Part shown: piece by piece, positions 12,173 to 24,360 of the stretch
How the letters are laid out: each line of letters begins with the position of its first letter
How positions within the stretch are numbered: the stretch's first letter is position 1
Assembly (NCBI GenBank): GCA_051313645.2
Contig: JBNRSN020000019.1
Location: forward strand, 38,378,001-38,442,000
DNA: 64,000 nucleotides
DNA from: Centroscyllium fabricii
Lineage: Eukaryota
Direction: 5' to 3'
Translations under genes and position numbers: made by a program
The notes under the pieces: model-generated
What the model saw: the letters and a program-made list of their open reading frames with translations, nothing else
Database searches by the model: none
What the model was told of the DNA's origin: nothing

Positions 12173-13840
12173 TCTTTGGGATGTAAGTGTCAAGTGGGAT
12201 GAAGAGGTTGGCAAAGCAGAGTGCTGGTGAGGAGAGGTGCTGAGGATCAGATTGAGGGTGAATGGGAAAGTCATACTCACTTTTCCTGTGCGGGGAAGGT
12301 CATGAAACCTCTTCCTGCTCTGCAGCCAGGTTCTGCGGCACACAGAGATTGAGTTGCTCTCCAGGACCACTTGCATCCACACACCTTTAGTCTGCTGGGT
12401 TGGCTTTTTCCTCCCTAAGGAAGTGAAGAGCACCTCCTAATTAGATCTTGCTCCCTACACCAGAGCTTGGAGGGAGGCCTCATCGAACCTTGGAGTGCAC
12501 TTTGGCCTACTGCTGGACATAGTTGCTGAATGAAGCAATCACAACAATGGGCATAAAGTTTGAAGTCTCCAGAAGAAGCAAGGCTGCTTGCAGGCCTTAA
12601 ATCCAGCAGCATTAATGATGTCATCGGAGGCAACTTTCTGTATGAAGACTCATTGGGCCAGGGGTTCCCACACGCTGGAAATCAATTGCCCAATTAGGGT
12701 AAAATTGCACTTTTTTCCCACTTCACATCAGAGTCGTGATCCTGACACGAAAACCACCTGGCACGCCGCAGCCCGCCCCCAATGGCAAAATCAAGCCCCA
12801 GGAATCAAGCCTGGCACTTCTTTGGTCAATGTGGCTCAGTTATTCTCGGACTTAACCAGCGAGCTACAAGGAAACATGTAACTTTATCTTCAAAGGAGAA
12901 GAATGAGAGGTGTCAAAGAAAGCTGCTGTCATCGAAGAAAAGCAAACAGAAAACTAATTTCATGTGAAATATTTGCTGTCTGCTTTGCACTATAAATAAT
13001 ATGAAATGCCTTTCAGTAAAGTACACAATAATCCAATTTCAGGGTTCAAATGATACACAGAAGTGCTTGTACTGCACTCTTCCCTGTTTACAATGCTTCT
13101 GAAGCCCCTGTGGAATGGTGCCTTACTTATGGAGGGAAATGGGAAGCATGAAAAGAAACAAAACCTATTTGTTCTTTCCTTTTAAAGCAACACTCAATAA
13201 CAAGGTGTTCTCTGCAGTCCTAAATGACATCATTCTCCAAGGACTCTCCGTGCTCACAATGCTTTCAGTTTTCTCAGACAGGCTTTGAGAGTGTATAATT
13301 TATTTATAGCATAATACCTTGGAATTGTGATAAAGAAGCCTACATTTTTGAGTCTCTCCCAGCAGTGAGATACCTTGCCCACTGCGGAGCGTGCCTGCCA
13401 TATTCCAAAACATGCTCATGACAGGTGAGGAACCTGCACACACCTGCAAAATCTACCTGATAGTTTTTCTTCTGTTATGATCTTCTGAATTGGAAGCAAA
13501 ATTATTATCAATAAATGAACATTTGTCAGGGCTGATTTGGCATGCAGGCTTGGCACACTTGTGGGAGCACTCACACCAGATCCTGCAGGGTCGACTCAAC
13601 TCAAAATCTGCCTAAGCGCGCTACATAGTTTTTCATGCGTGAGGAGTGCTGAATCCCCTTGGAAAGTCAGGAATCTGAAGTTCAGCAGCTGATAAAGGTT
13701 TGCTGCACATAAATCAGTGCTCCATAGTTTTGGGTAGAGGCTAACTGTTTTACAAAGAAGATAGCCAGAGGAGTCATGAAATGTTCCCCTTCACGGAAGA
13801 AGATTTTGAATTCCTGATGAAGGAGGAGACATAAATGTAA

Positions 13841-14615
13841 AGGCCCTGTCACACCTTGACGTTTTAGCCAGCGTATGCAAATTTGGCTAAAACGCTGAAC
13901 TATTGATGTTTTTTTCAGTTTTGGGCGTATAATAGCGTATTCATAACGAGTTGGACGTATGCATAACGTATTAGTAACGTACACAGAACGTTTCGATAAG
14001 TTACAGATAACTTATACCAACGAATGCTTAGCGTGTTGTCGGCGTTCACAACTTATGCCCAACGATAGTCTAACGTATGCATAGCGCGCGGCAGCGTATC
14101 GCCGACGTTTTAGATAAATTTTGATACGTCGGCATACGCTAGCTAAATCGTCAAGGTGTGACAGGGCATGACAGGGGCATAAGTTCTGTGGTCGTCCGGA
14201 AGACGTCAAATACGTCAATATGCGTTGGAGATACGTTACACATAGGCTCAAAGCACGTTACTCATAGGTTAGAAATAAGTTCCGGGTACGCTAGACATTA
14301 TCTCGACGTATTTTGACTTATGACTAACTTACAAGTAACGTGTGTCGACGTGTGTGAACGATCGCCTAACGTGCTTACAACGTATGGCCAGCGTATGCGG
14401 AACGTGTGAATCATACGCAGGATACGTCGAGATTTTTTGTGCATGCTCAAAAATTCTCGACTTACTCGAAGTACAACGACGTATGCAACTTATGGCCAGC
14501 GTATGCCAGCGTGCTCTTAACGTATACAAAACGTACCCATAACGTATCCGACGTAAACCAGCGTTTTAGCCAAATTTGCATACGCTGGCTAAAACGTCAA
14601 GGTGTGACAGCCCCT
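13841..14615. mobile_element. Harbinger-type MITE with long (about 55-bp) TIRs and CpG-rich ACGT/GCGTAT motifs
   Basis: ctgtcacaccttgacgttttagccagcgtatgcaaatttggctaaaacgctg occurs inverted at both ends; flanks TAA / TTA. Confidence 0.85.
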
Positions 14616-15992
14616 TTAGTGACCATTTTGTGGCAGAGGGAAATCTTCCTAATAGGCATGGCAAGAAGTGGCAAACAGAGTGAAGGCATAGGAGCAAATA
14701 GGCAAAAAGTGCTCAGGACTGAGGAAGAATATCAGAGTAAACTTCCTATTTGGTTCCCACTGAAAAGAAAGGAATGTCTGTAGTGTTGTAGAGAACAGCA
14801 GTTCCCTACTCTTTGAAATCAATAAATTGTCGAAAGATCGCTGAGCAAACTTTCACAGGTCTTTATTCCTTTCAATCGAAATACGACTGGACTACAAAAG
14901 GCGCGAAAATGCAAAGCATCATGGGGATGTTGACTGACAGCCCGCAGGACCAATCAGGGACCAGAACTATTGATCCAACTACCCAATGGGGAAACAGGGG
15001 CGGGACCAACTCTGGTGTGAGGATTCTAACATACTGAGTGTCTCCCCCAAGTGGCTATGCTACACACACACCCCCAGAATTCTCATGAACATGATATGTC
15101 AACCTCCGAAAAGGCATGAAGAGGCGGCCGCTACGAGTGCGATAGGCCACCGGTGCAGTGGATGATACTGGGGATCCGCGAACAGGACTGGAGGGCGGCT
15201 GTGCCGCAGGAGTAGGAGGCGAGACCGGAAAGGAACCCGGAGGTGGAGCAAGGGGTGTAAATAGCACGGGACCTGCTGGGGGCACGCTCGGGACAGAGAA
15301 ACGCTCCTGGCGCAGGGCCCGGGAAAACTGCTCAGGCGAGGCAGGGTCCAAATGGGCCGGTTTAAGCCGGTCGATGGAAACGGGGTCCTGCCTGCCCCCA
15401 ACCGCGAGGAGGAAAGACTTGTCACCAGCCTCCAGAACCCCAAAAGGCCCAGTATATGGTGCCTGTATAGGAATTCTATGAGCATTGCGACGCACAAAGA
15501 CAAATTGTGCCCGGCGGAGCTCGGTGGGTATGTGGGACGTCCGGGCCCCGTGCCGAGAGGTGGGCACAGGAAGGAAATGATGCGCGGCAAAATTGTGCCG
15601 AGTGAGCTGCTCGCCGGCTGACCAATTCTCGGTGATGGAGGGGACGAACTCTCCTGGAATGCGCAAAGGTTGTCCAAAAACGAGTTCGGCGGAAGACACG
15701 CCGAGGTCGTCCTTGGGCGCGGAGTGCAACCCCAGCAGGACCCAAGGGAGTCTGTCCAACCAATTGGCGTCGACCAGGCTGGCACGGAGTGAGGCCTTAA
15801 GGACGCGATGGAAACGCTCGCAAATACGGTTTGCTTGCGGATGATAAGCAGTCGTGCGGTGCAACTGCGTCCCCAGGCCAGTGGCGATTGCGCTCCACAG
15901 CTGGGAGGTAAACTGTGGTCCCCTGTCGGAAGTCATGTCCGACGGAACCCCAAACCGGGCCACCCATGAAAAGATAAAGGCGCGTGCCACAT

Positions 15993-16269
15993 TGACGTAT
16001 CGTCAATTAAGACACAAAGACGAATAGTTACCACAACTAAAGGCTTTTATTAACTATAAATGGAGCTGGTCTCCGGATGAGGTTAAGATGGTGAATGAAC
16101 AGGGAATGGTCAGCAACCACCTATGTACTCCGACCTGAGGGGAGGAGTTAGAGGTGGGGCAGTTCCTGCCGTCAGGTATTTACAGATATACAGGTATGTG
16201 ACCAGTAATGCCGTCAGGTCATTACTGGTGTGGACATTATATACAGATGGTAAATACACGTTTACCACA
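15993..16269 (-). mobile_element. Solo LTR (family of Gypsy C) inserted in the integrase of Gypsy A
   Basis: tgtggtaaa...tgacgatacgtca on the minus strand; 5-bp TSD CACAT; removal restores SADVARA in the integrase. Confidence 0.9.
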
Positions 16270-16831
16270 CACATCGGCCGAAGTGGTGGAAGAAAGGGGT
16301 ACGACCTCCGGCCACCTAGTGGTACGGTCCACGATGGTAAGGAGATGGGTGAATTCCTGTGATGGGGATAAGGGGCCAACCAAATCAACATGGACATGAC
16401 CAAACCGCCGCTCGGGCACCGGAAAATTTTGCAGTGGAGCCTTAGTATGCTGGTGGATTTTAGCACGTTGACAGTCCTGGCAGGTGTTAGTCCAGTTCCG
16501 CACGTCTTTGTGCAGGCCTGGCCAAACAAATTTGGCTGACATAAGCTTATGAGAAGCCCGCATGCCCGGGTGTGAGAGCCCATGCACCAAACCAAAAATG
16601 CGCCTGCGCCAGGAGGTGGGCACTAAGGGCCTGGGGGTGGAAACTGAAACGTCACACAAAAGGGTCGTACCGGCTACTTGAAAATGGACGTCTGCTAGGG
16701 TCAGGCTGGTGGAGGCAGAACGAAGAGCCTGCAGCTCAGCGTCCGCCCGCTGGGCGCGCACCATCTCTGCGTAATCAACACCAACGTGGACCGCATGGAG
16801 GGAAGGACAGGAGAGACAGTCGGCAACGACA

Positions 16832-17995
16832 GGCAGCATTTGATCGAGTGTGGCATCAAGGAGCCCTGGCAAAGCTGAAGTCAATGGGAATGAAGGGGAA
16901 AACTCTCCATTGGTTGGAATCATACCTAGCACAAAGGAAGTAGGCTGTGGTTGTTGGAGGTCATTCATCTCAACCACAGGACATCACTGCAGGAGTTCCT
17001 CAGGGCAGTGTCCTAGGCCCAACCATCTTCAGCTGTTTCATCAATGACCTTCTCTCCATCATAAGGTCAGAAGTGGGGATGTTTGCTGATGATTGCACAC
17101 TGTTCAGCACCATTCGAGACTCGTCAGATACTGACGCAGTCTGTGTCCATATGCAGCAAGACCTGGACAACATTCAGACTTGGGCTGACAAGTGGCAAGT
17201 AACATTCGCACCACACAAGTGCCAGGCAATGACCATCTCCAACAAGCAAGACTCTAACCATCTCCCCTTGACATTCAATGGCATTATCATCACTGAATCG
17301 CCCACTATCAACATCCTGGGGGTTACCATTGATCGGAAACTGAACTGGACCAGCCATATAAATACTGTGGCTACAAGAGCAGGCCAGAGACTTGGAATTC
17401 TGCGGCGCGTTTTTTCACCTCCTGACTCCCCAAAGCCTTTCCACCATCTACAAAGCACAAGTCAGGAGTGTGATGGAATACTCTCCACTTGCCTGGATGA
17501 GTGCAGCTCCAACAACACTCAAGAAGCTTGACACCATTCAGGATAAAGCAGGCCGCTTGATTGGCACTCCATCCACCACCTCCAACATTCACTCCCTCCA
17601 CCACCGGTGCACTGTGGCTGCAGTGTGTACCATCTACAAGATGCACTGCAGCAACTCGCCTAAGCTGCTTCAACAGCACCTTCCAAACCCGCGACCTCTA
17701 CCACTTAGAAGGACAAGGGCAGCAGATGCATGGGAACATCACCACCTACAAGTTCCCCTCCAAGCCACACACCATCCTGACTTGGACCTGTATCGCCGCT
17801 CCTTCACAGTCGCTGGGCCAAAATCCTGGAACTCCCTTCCTAACAACATTGTGGGTGTACCTACACCATATGGACTGCAGCGGTTCAAGAAGGCGGCTCA
17901 CCACCATCTTCTCAAGGGCAATTAGGGATGGGCACTAAATGCAGGCCTAGCCAGCCAGCGACACCCACATCCCATCAATGAATTAAAAAAAAAAA
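16832..17995 (+). mobile_element. 5'-truncated Crack/L2-like LINE inserted in Gypsy A pol
   Basis: Near-identical to the reverse complement of 10848-12010; poly(A) tail; splits GKDN|VVADCLS of the host pol. Confidence 0.92.
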
Positions 17996-20861
17996 TTATC
18001 CTTACCGGACACGTGACGAATATCCGTAGTAAATTCTGAAATGAAATTCAGGTGACGCTGTTGACGACCTGACCAGGGCTCCGTGACTTTGGACATGGCA
18101 AAAATGAGGGGCTTATTGTCCACGTAAGTAGTGATTGTCCGGCCCTCCAAGAGAAACCGAAAATGCCTCACTGCAAGGAAAAGAGCTAGCAGTTCCCGGT
18201 CAAACGTGCTATACGAGAGCTCATTTTTCCACAGTTGGCGGCTAAAAAATGCAAGGGGCTGCCAGGCACCGTTAACCCATTGTTGCTGAATGGCGCCAAT
18301 GGCATGATCCGAGGCGTCCATTGTGAGCGACAGCGGGGCGCCCGGGACGGGGTGGGTCAAAAGGGTGGCTTCGGCCAGGGCCGACTTAGCGAGGCGAAAA
18401 GCCTCAGCCATATTGGCCGACCACTGAAGGCTATCCTTGCCGGTCTTACCCCTAGTGGCCTCGTACAGGGGGCGCATGATTGAGGCTGCCTTGGGAATGA
18501 ACCGGTGATAAAAATGTCCCATTCCCAGAAATTCCTGGAGTGCCTTAACCGTGCTGGGCTGGGGAAATTTATGACCACTTGGACTTGAGGGTAAAGCGAT
18601 GGCTCCCACCGGGGAGATGTGATGCCCTCAAAAATCAATTTCAGTAAGGCCGAATTGGCATTTAACTGGGTTTACAATTAGGCCATGATGGGCCAATCTC
18701 TGAAAAAGGGAACGCAAATGCACAACATGTAAAAATCAGCCATTGGAAAACCTGTGCTGCATTCTTTAACCCGAAAGGCATACGGACGAATTCAAAAAGT
18801 CCAAAAGGTGTAATAACCGCCGTCTTTTGGACGTCGTCCGGATGGACTGGGGCCTGGTGATATCCTCAGATGAGGACGACTTTTGAAACAATTGTTTTAC
18901 CCGCCTTGAATGTGTGGCACCGGGTATCTGTCCAGCATGGTGGCATTATTGAGGCGCCTGTAGTCGCCACACGGTCGCCAGCCACCACCTGGCTTTATAA
19001 TGATGTGGAGTGGGGATGACCACGGGCTGGTTGAAGGACATATGATCCCCAACTTCTTCATGGCAGAGAATTCCGGCTTGGCGACTGCCATTTTTGTGGG
19101 GTTGAGGTACCTGGCTCGAGCGAAAACTGGTGGGCCAGTCGTGGCGATGTGATGCTGGACCCCATGTTTGGCCGCCACCTCGGAAAAGGTCAGCTGTGTA
19201 ATGGCCGGGAACCCAGCCAGCAAGCATTGATATTTGTCGCGAAGACGAGGAGAGCAGGAGCCCACAAGGGGTTGGCTGTCGCTACGCTGGCAGGGCAGGG
19301 AGGCAAAGGTAGACGCATCTTTGAGGCGTCTGCCCCAGACGTCCACGAGCAGGTCGTGGGCACACAGGAAATCCACGCCCAACAATGGATGTTCCACATT
19401 GGCCGTAACGAACTCCCAGGAAAACTGTTGGCCACCCAGGCAAATCTCCACCAGCCGTTTTTCGAAAGTGGTTATGGCTGCGCCATTCACCGCCATGAGG
19501 GGTGGGCCACTGCGGCCTGCCTGTCGATCGAGCTGTGTGAAAATCCATGACATTCACCAGAAAGTGAGTCCATGACATACAGCAGCTGTCCCGCTGTGCC
19601 AATGGCATTAGCAGCGGCTGTGCCCTGGCGGCAGTGCGGGGTCGGAGCGTGGGTTTTGGGCACAACCTCTTTGCCATCGAATGAACAAGGTGGTCGGCAG
19701 CGATGAGCCTTCGGGCCGAAACGTGCATGGTAATAACAGAGTCCCGGCTGGGTTTGAGGCGTTGCCCACTGCGTAGGGGCAGAGAGCCTCGTGGTTGCAC
19801 AGTTAGCGGGTGCACAAAGGCAAACGCGGTCCGCTGCGGTGGCCAACTCGGCGTAGGTCCCGCCGTTAACGTTTGCTAAAGCCGATTGCACTGGTTGTGG
19901 GAGCAGACTTATGAATAGCGCCCGAAACAATGGACAGTCTTTGTGGTCCCCGAGGAGGGCTAGCATGCGATTCATCAGGCGCATAGCCGTGGAGTCGCCT
20001 AAGTCTGAGAGTTCAAGGAGTTGTCGGGCCCTTACATCCTCCGGTAGGTCGTGAGCCTGAAGCAGTCAGCTCGTGAGGGCAGCGTACCTGTTAGCTTGAG
20101 GCGGGTCCCGTAGCAGGTCCACGATGTCCATGGCAACGTGGCTAGACAGGGTCGAAACGACAAGGAGGTAGCGGTCCTCATCATTATCGAGGCGCTTAAG
20201 CTGGAACCGAGCCTGTGTTTGCAAAAAGCAAGCGGCTGCCTGGTGCTCCCAAAAGGCGGGCAGGCTGACGATCGACGGCCTTTCGCGTTGCCCGGTCTCG
20301 GGGCTCGCGATCTGGTCAGTACCTTCTGGGACTGACATTCGGGGTCACCAATTGTAGAGGACGGCAGTTCCCTACTCTTTGAAATCAATAAATCATCGAA
20401 AGACTGCAGAGCAAACTTTAACAGGTCTTTATTTCTTTCAATCCAAACACGACTGGACTACAAAAGGCGCAAAAACGCAAAGCATCATGGGGCTTTTGAC
20501 TGACAGCCTGCGGGACCAATCAGGGACCAGAACTGTTGATCCAACTACCCAATGGGGAAACAGGGGCGGGACCAACTCTGGTATGAGGATTCTAATATAC
20601 TGGGGAGACCGGAGTGTCTCCCCCTAGTGGCTATGCTACACTGTATTTGCTCCATGCAGTTAAACCACAACATGGTGCCACATCAGCAAAGTAGCATTAA
20701 AACACTGGCTCCAGTCTTTACATCTTTCACACCGTCACTACTATGTCAGTTAAGAATCAACTCCAACTAGATGCCAGACAAAGGCTAGGGATTGACTTTG
20801 CCTCATTTTACATGTTTGTTCACCTATTCACCATACTACTGCTCACAACCTTCATGAGAGG

Positions 20862-21220
20862 ACACAAACTTAACTGGACCAGCCACATAAATACTGTGGC
20901 TACATGGGCAGGTCAGAGGTTGGGCATTCTACCACAAGTGTGTCACTTCCTGAGCCCCCAAAGCCTTTCCACCATCTACAAGGCACAAGTCAGGAGTGTG
21001 ATGGAATACTTTCCACTTGCCTGGATGAGTGCAGCTCCAACAACACTCAAGAAGCTCAGCACCATCCAGTACAAAGCAGCTCACTTGATTGGCACCTCAT
21101 CCACCATCTTAAATATTCACTCCTTCCACCACTGGTGCACCGTGGCTGCAGTGTGTACCATCTACAGGATGCACTGCAGCAACTCGCCAAGGCCTCTTCG
21201 ACAGAACCTCCCTTACCTGA
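20862..21220 (+). mobile_element. Older fragment of the same Crack/L2-like LINE
   Basis: KLNWTSHINTVAT...YKAQVRSVMEY...HCSNSPR, more diverged than the two young copies. Confidence 0.85.
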
Positions 21221-21713
21221 GGGCTCCCGAGGTCCGGACACTTCCGATCCTGGACCTCTCCAGAGTCAAAATGTGCAGGGCTCACTTATCCCAGGGGTGC
21301 ATGCAGTTCATTAAATTAAATATTTTAAACAAAAATGTAATTTTTTGAAAAAAATAATTTACGTTTTTTACGGGGCTAAAAATAAACTTACCTTTTTTTA
21401 ATAAAGTATTTCAAAATTATAAATGAGTGAAAAACATGTTTTTTTTAAACTTTTTTAAACTCTGATGCTGGTAAAAGCAGGCCACACCAGGCGTAAGATT
21501 TTTAAAGGTTTTCAGAGGGTGGAGGTTGTGAAGAAAGCGGAACTCTCCCCCCGAAGAGGCCCTTCTCCAGGGCAGGCGCAGGATCTGTCGAGAGGATTCT
21601 TGACAGATCGGAAATGCCGGTTTTCAGCGCACGCCTGAGACCGGCATTTCCAATGTCCTTACGGGTAGGTACACAGCTCGTGCACACCTGTAGGCATCGT
21701 AATATACGAGCCC
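21220..21713 (-). mobile_element. MITE-like element related to 23001-33458 and 61138-61768
   Basis: Shared blocks accggcatttccgatctgtcaagaatc and aaaggtaagtttattttt, here in reverse orientation. Confidence 0.6.
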
Positions 21714-21758
21714 AATTGCTTTCCTCCCGCCCTACCTCAGACTACCATAGGGAACTAT

Positions 21759-22287
21759 GGGCTAGAAATTGGCTGTCCTGCGCCTGCCCATTAGCGCCCA
21801 AAAAGGGTGCTAACAGGGCACAGGAAACTTAGCGCCAGCGCTTGCGCCTAGCACGAAATTCAGTGGGGCGCTAAGGTGGGCGGTAACCGGTAGCCCCCCT
21901 CTGAATTTCTCGCCCAGGTGGCCGACAGGAATGATGTCATCAGGTCGCGCAGCGCCATTCTGTCGCCCGTGACTGAAATTGGGCAGCACCCATTGAGTTT
22001 TCGCTGGGCGCTGCCCGCGCCAGCTTTTTCGAGCCTTTAATCGGGGAGGAAGGCCTGCAGTACCGCGTGCCGCCACTCTGCGCTGCGTATCGCAGCGACC
22101 GCCGCGCCCGGAATTTCGTCTGCAGCGCCCTAAGAACGAGGGCGGGCGCGTGTTTTAGCGCCCGCCCTCCTACTATGGGCGTTACAGGCGAATTTTAGCC
22201 CTAACGGCGCTACCTAACGCCAGGCGCTAAAAATAGCACTGTGCCGAGGTCAGCACCAGAAAACGTGCGCTGACCAATTTCTAGCCC
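21759..22287. mobile_element. GC-rich MITE with 14-bp TIR gggctagaaattgg
   Basis: Perfect inverted termini; internal repeated AGCGCC/GGCGCT motifs. Confidence 0.8.
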
Positions 22288-23651
22288 ATTGTGCTTACTT
22301 GCACTGCCTGGGGTGGAATACTTACACCCACGTCACGGAAGAGCACAGCTCAGTCAAAAAAAACGCCTGCACTCTTTTCAGCTCCAAATAAAAAAATCAA
22401 ATGTTATCCTTCAGAGCACTTTGGCTTAATCCAATCTCTGTGACCCGCTTCCCTCCGTCTGCGGGATTGCTCAGGTGCATTGAGGTCTCGGCTTAGAGGA
22501 AGAAAAGCTCGCTGTAATGAGCTGCTGACTTCAACTCATGAAAAATGTAATAAATGAGAAAAGGCAGTGGGCCGAAAATCACCAACAGCTGGCAAAGACA
22601 AGAGCGCCAGGCAATTAAAGGGCAAAAGGCATCGTTTCTACCTACGTTCATAAAAATGATTTTTTTCTAGCTGCGTCTAAACTATTTGGACAGAATTATA
22701 GATCTAAGCCGGATTTTATTTCCGCATTACTAAGCTCTAGTCTTGTGTTGTTATTTAAATGATTCATGTTGATAACGTCCTACTAAAACCTGCCTGTACT
22801 GCTGATGCAAAAACTTACTGTTTTTGAGGTCCTATGTCATTAAACCCATAAGGATTTAATTTCCTCTGACAGCGCACTGCTTTATGAGTTTGCATGGCAT
22901 TCCTTTGTGTTCACTTTCAATGCAGCTGATAACCGATTTAAATAACCATATTAATGACCGGGATAGCATCACACACAAAGACCCTTCCTACAAACATATT
23001 GTGCCGGATATTCCGATCCCTACGGGTGTGTACGCGTTGTGTACTCACCCGTAGGGACAACGGAAATGTTGGTTTCAGGCATGCACAATGCATGCGCTGG
23101 AAACCGGCATTTCCGATCTGTCAAGAATCTTCTTGACGGATCCTCTGGCTGCCCTGGAGCAGGGCCTCTGCTTTTTGGAGAACCTCTGCCCGCAGAAAAC
23201 CCTTACAATTCTTGCACTTGTTGTTATGTATGATGTGTATGTATGTGTTATCCTCCCACCTGTGGTGGCGCTGCTACAGCACTGCACAGCCATGAGGTTC
23301 TTTTACTTTTTAGTTTCAGTTTCTCTTTTAACTGTTGATTAAACCAGACAGATTTTTACAGCTTGGTAGTTTGAATTCTCTTTGTGTTTAAGTAGAAAGA
23401 CGTAGATACAATAAGTGGCAACAAAGTGGGATTATTCTGCGTGTGGAACATACTACTGTAAAAAGAAAGAAAAAAAGAAAAAGTCGGAACTTTCTAGCAT
23501 TCACCTACATACACTCGGAATAGAGATTGCAGCATTAAACTAATGTATGGATGCAGTAAGTAAACAGAAATCAAAAATTGCAATGCAAAATGGCTGCTTT
23601 ATTCAGAAACATCGGTGATTTTGATGAAGAGGTAGAGCAATGGAATGCTTA

Positions 23652-24360
23652 TGCCCCGGTTTCACTGGAGGCTACGAATTGCCGAATCGTCCCGAATCTG
23701 AAATTTGTCCGATTCGTGGGTAATTCTTGCAATTCGTAAACGATTCGTGGTTGATTCGTAGTGGATTCGTAGCGGATTCGTAGAGTTCGCGGAAGTTCGC
23801 GTGATTTCTTTGATTTTTCAAGAAAGTTTTTGTTTGGCAAAAAATTTCGTGGGAGGGTTCACGAATGTCCAATTCGTGATAGATTCCTAAACAATTCGTG
23901 ACCCTTTCTTATCGTTCTTAACCCTTTCTTACCGTCCGTAACGGCTTCGTAATCGATTCGTAGTGCATTCTTGCCTATTCTTGGGCATTCTTGATTTTCT
24001 CAAATTCGTGGAACCACGCCGAATACATCACGAATGTCCACGAATGTCCTACGAATGCACTACGAATGCAATTCGTCGATAATTCGTGCAATTCGTAGAT
24101 AATTCTTAGAATTCGTAACTTAATCGTGGAGGTCGTAGTGGATTCGTAATTTAATTCTGCATATTCGTAAGTGATTCGTACCTCATTCCTACAATAATTC
24201 GTGATAGATTCGTAACCTTGTCCAGAATCGCCAAGAATTAACCAAGAATCGCCAAGAATTAACCACGAATTTTCGCATTTTTTGCCGAATCGCCACGAAT
24301 TTCGAAACGTGACGATTCTTGATATTCTTGATATTCTTAGCCTCCAGTGAAACCGGGGCA
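23652..24360 (-). mobile_element. Second copy of the ACGAAT MITE, inserted in Gypsy B gag
   Basis: TIR tgccccggtttcactggaggcta; TTA TSD (23649-23651, 24361-24363). Confidence 0.92.

Larger units (their letters stand above)
5328..12798 (-). mobile_element. PIF/Harbinger copy lacking the transposase, carrying a Myb/SANT gene remnant (9512-10847, 12173-12520) and two nested LINEs
   Basis: TIRs gggctcgatttt / aaaatcaagccc; CAG duplicated on both sides (5325-5327, 12799-12801); internal homology to 50892-52870. Confidence 0.8.
14787..20640 (-). mobile_element. Gypsy/Ty3 LTR retrotransposon A (LTRs 20353-20640 and 14787-15064), decayed gag-pro-RT-RNaseH-integrase
   Basis: TG..CA direct repeats; PBS tggtgaccccga (20339-20350, tRNA-Trp type); PPT ggggggtgtgtg. 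Motifs WRPCGDYRRLN, DRYPVPHI, DASDHAIG, YSTFDRELLA, HVDLVGP, SDRGPQF, ERFHR. Flanks gtgt/ctgt. Confidence 0.93.

Noticed and set aside
16237-16977. Chimeric ORF as a novel integrase fusion
   Set aside because: Antisense LINE sequence, Gypsy integrase and solo LTR joined by nested insertions.
23255-23275. CTCF-like motif ccacctgtggtggcgc in the Gypsy B LTRs
   Set aside because: Spacing does not fit the core consensus without a gap, and it cannot be scored here.
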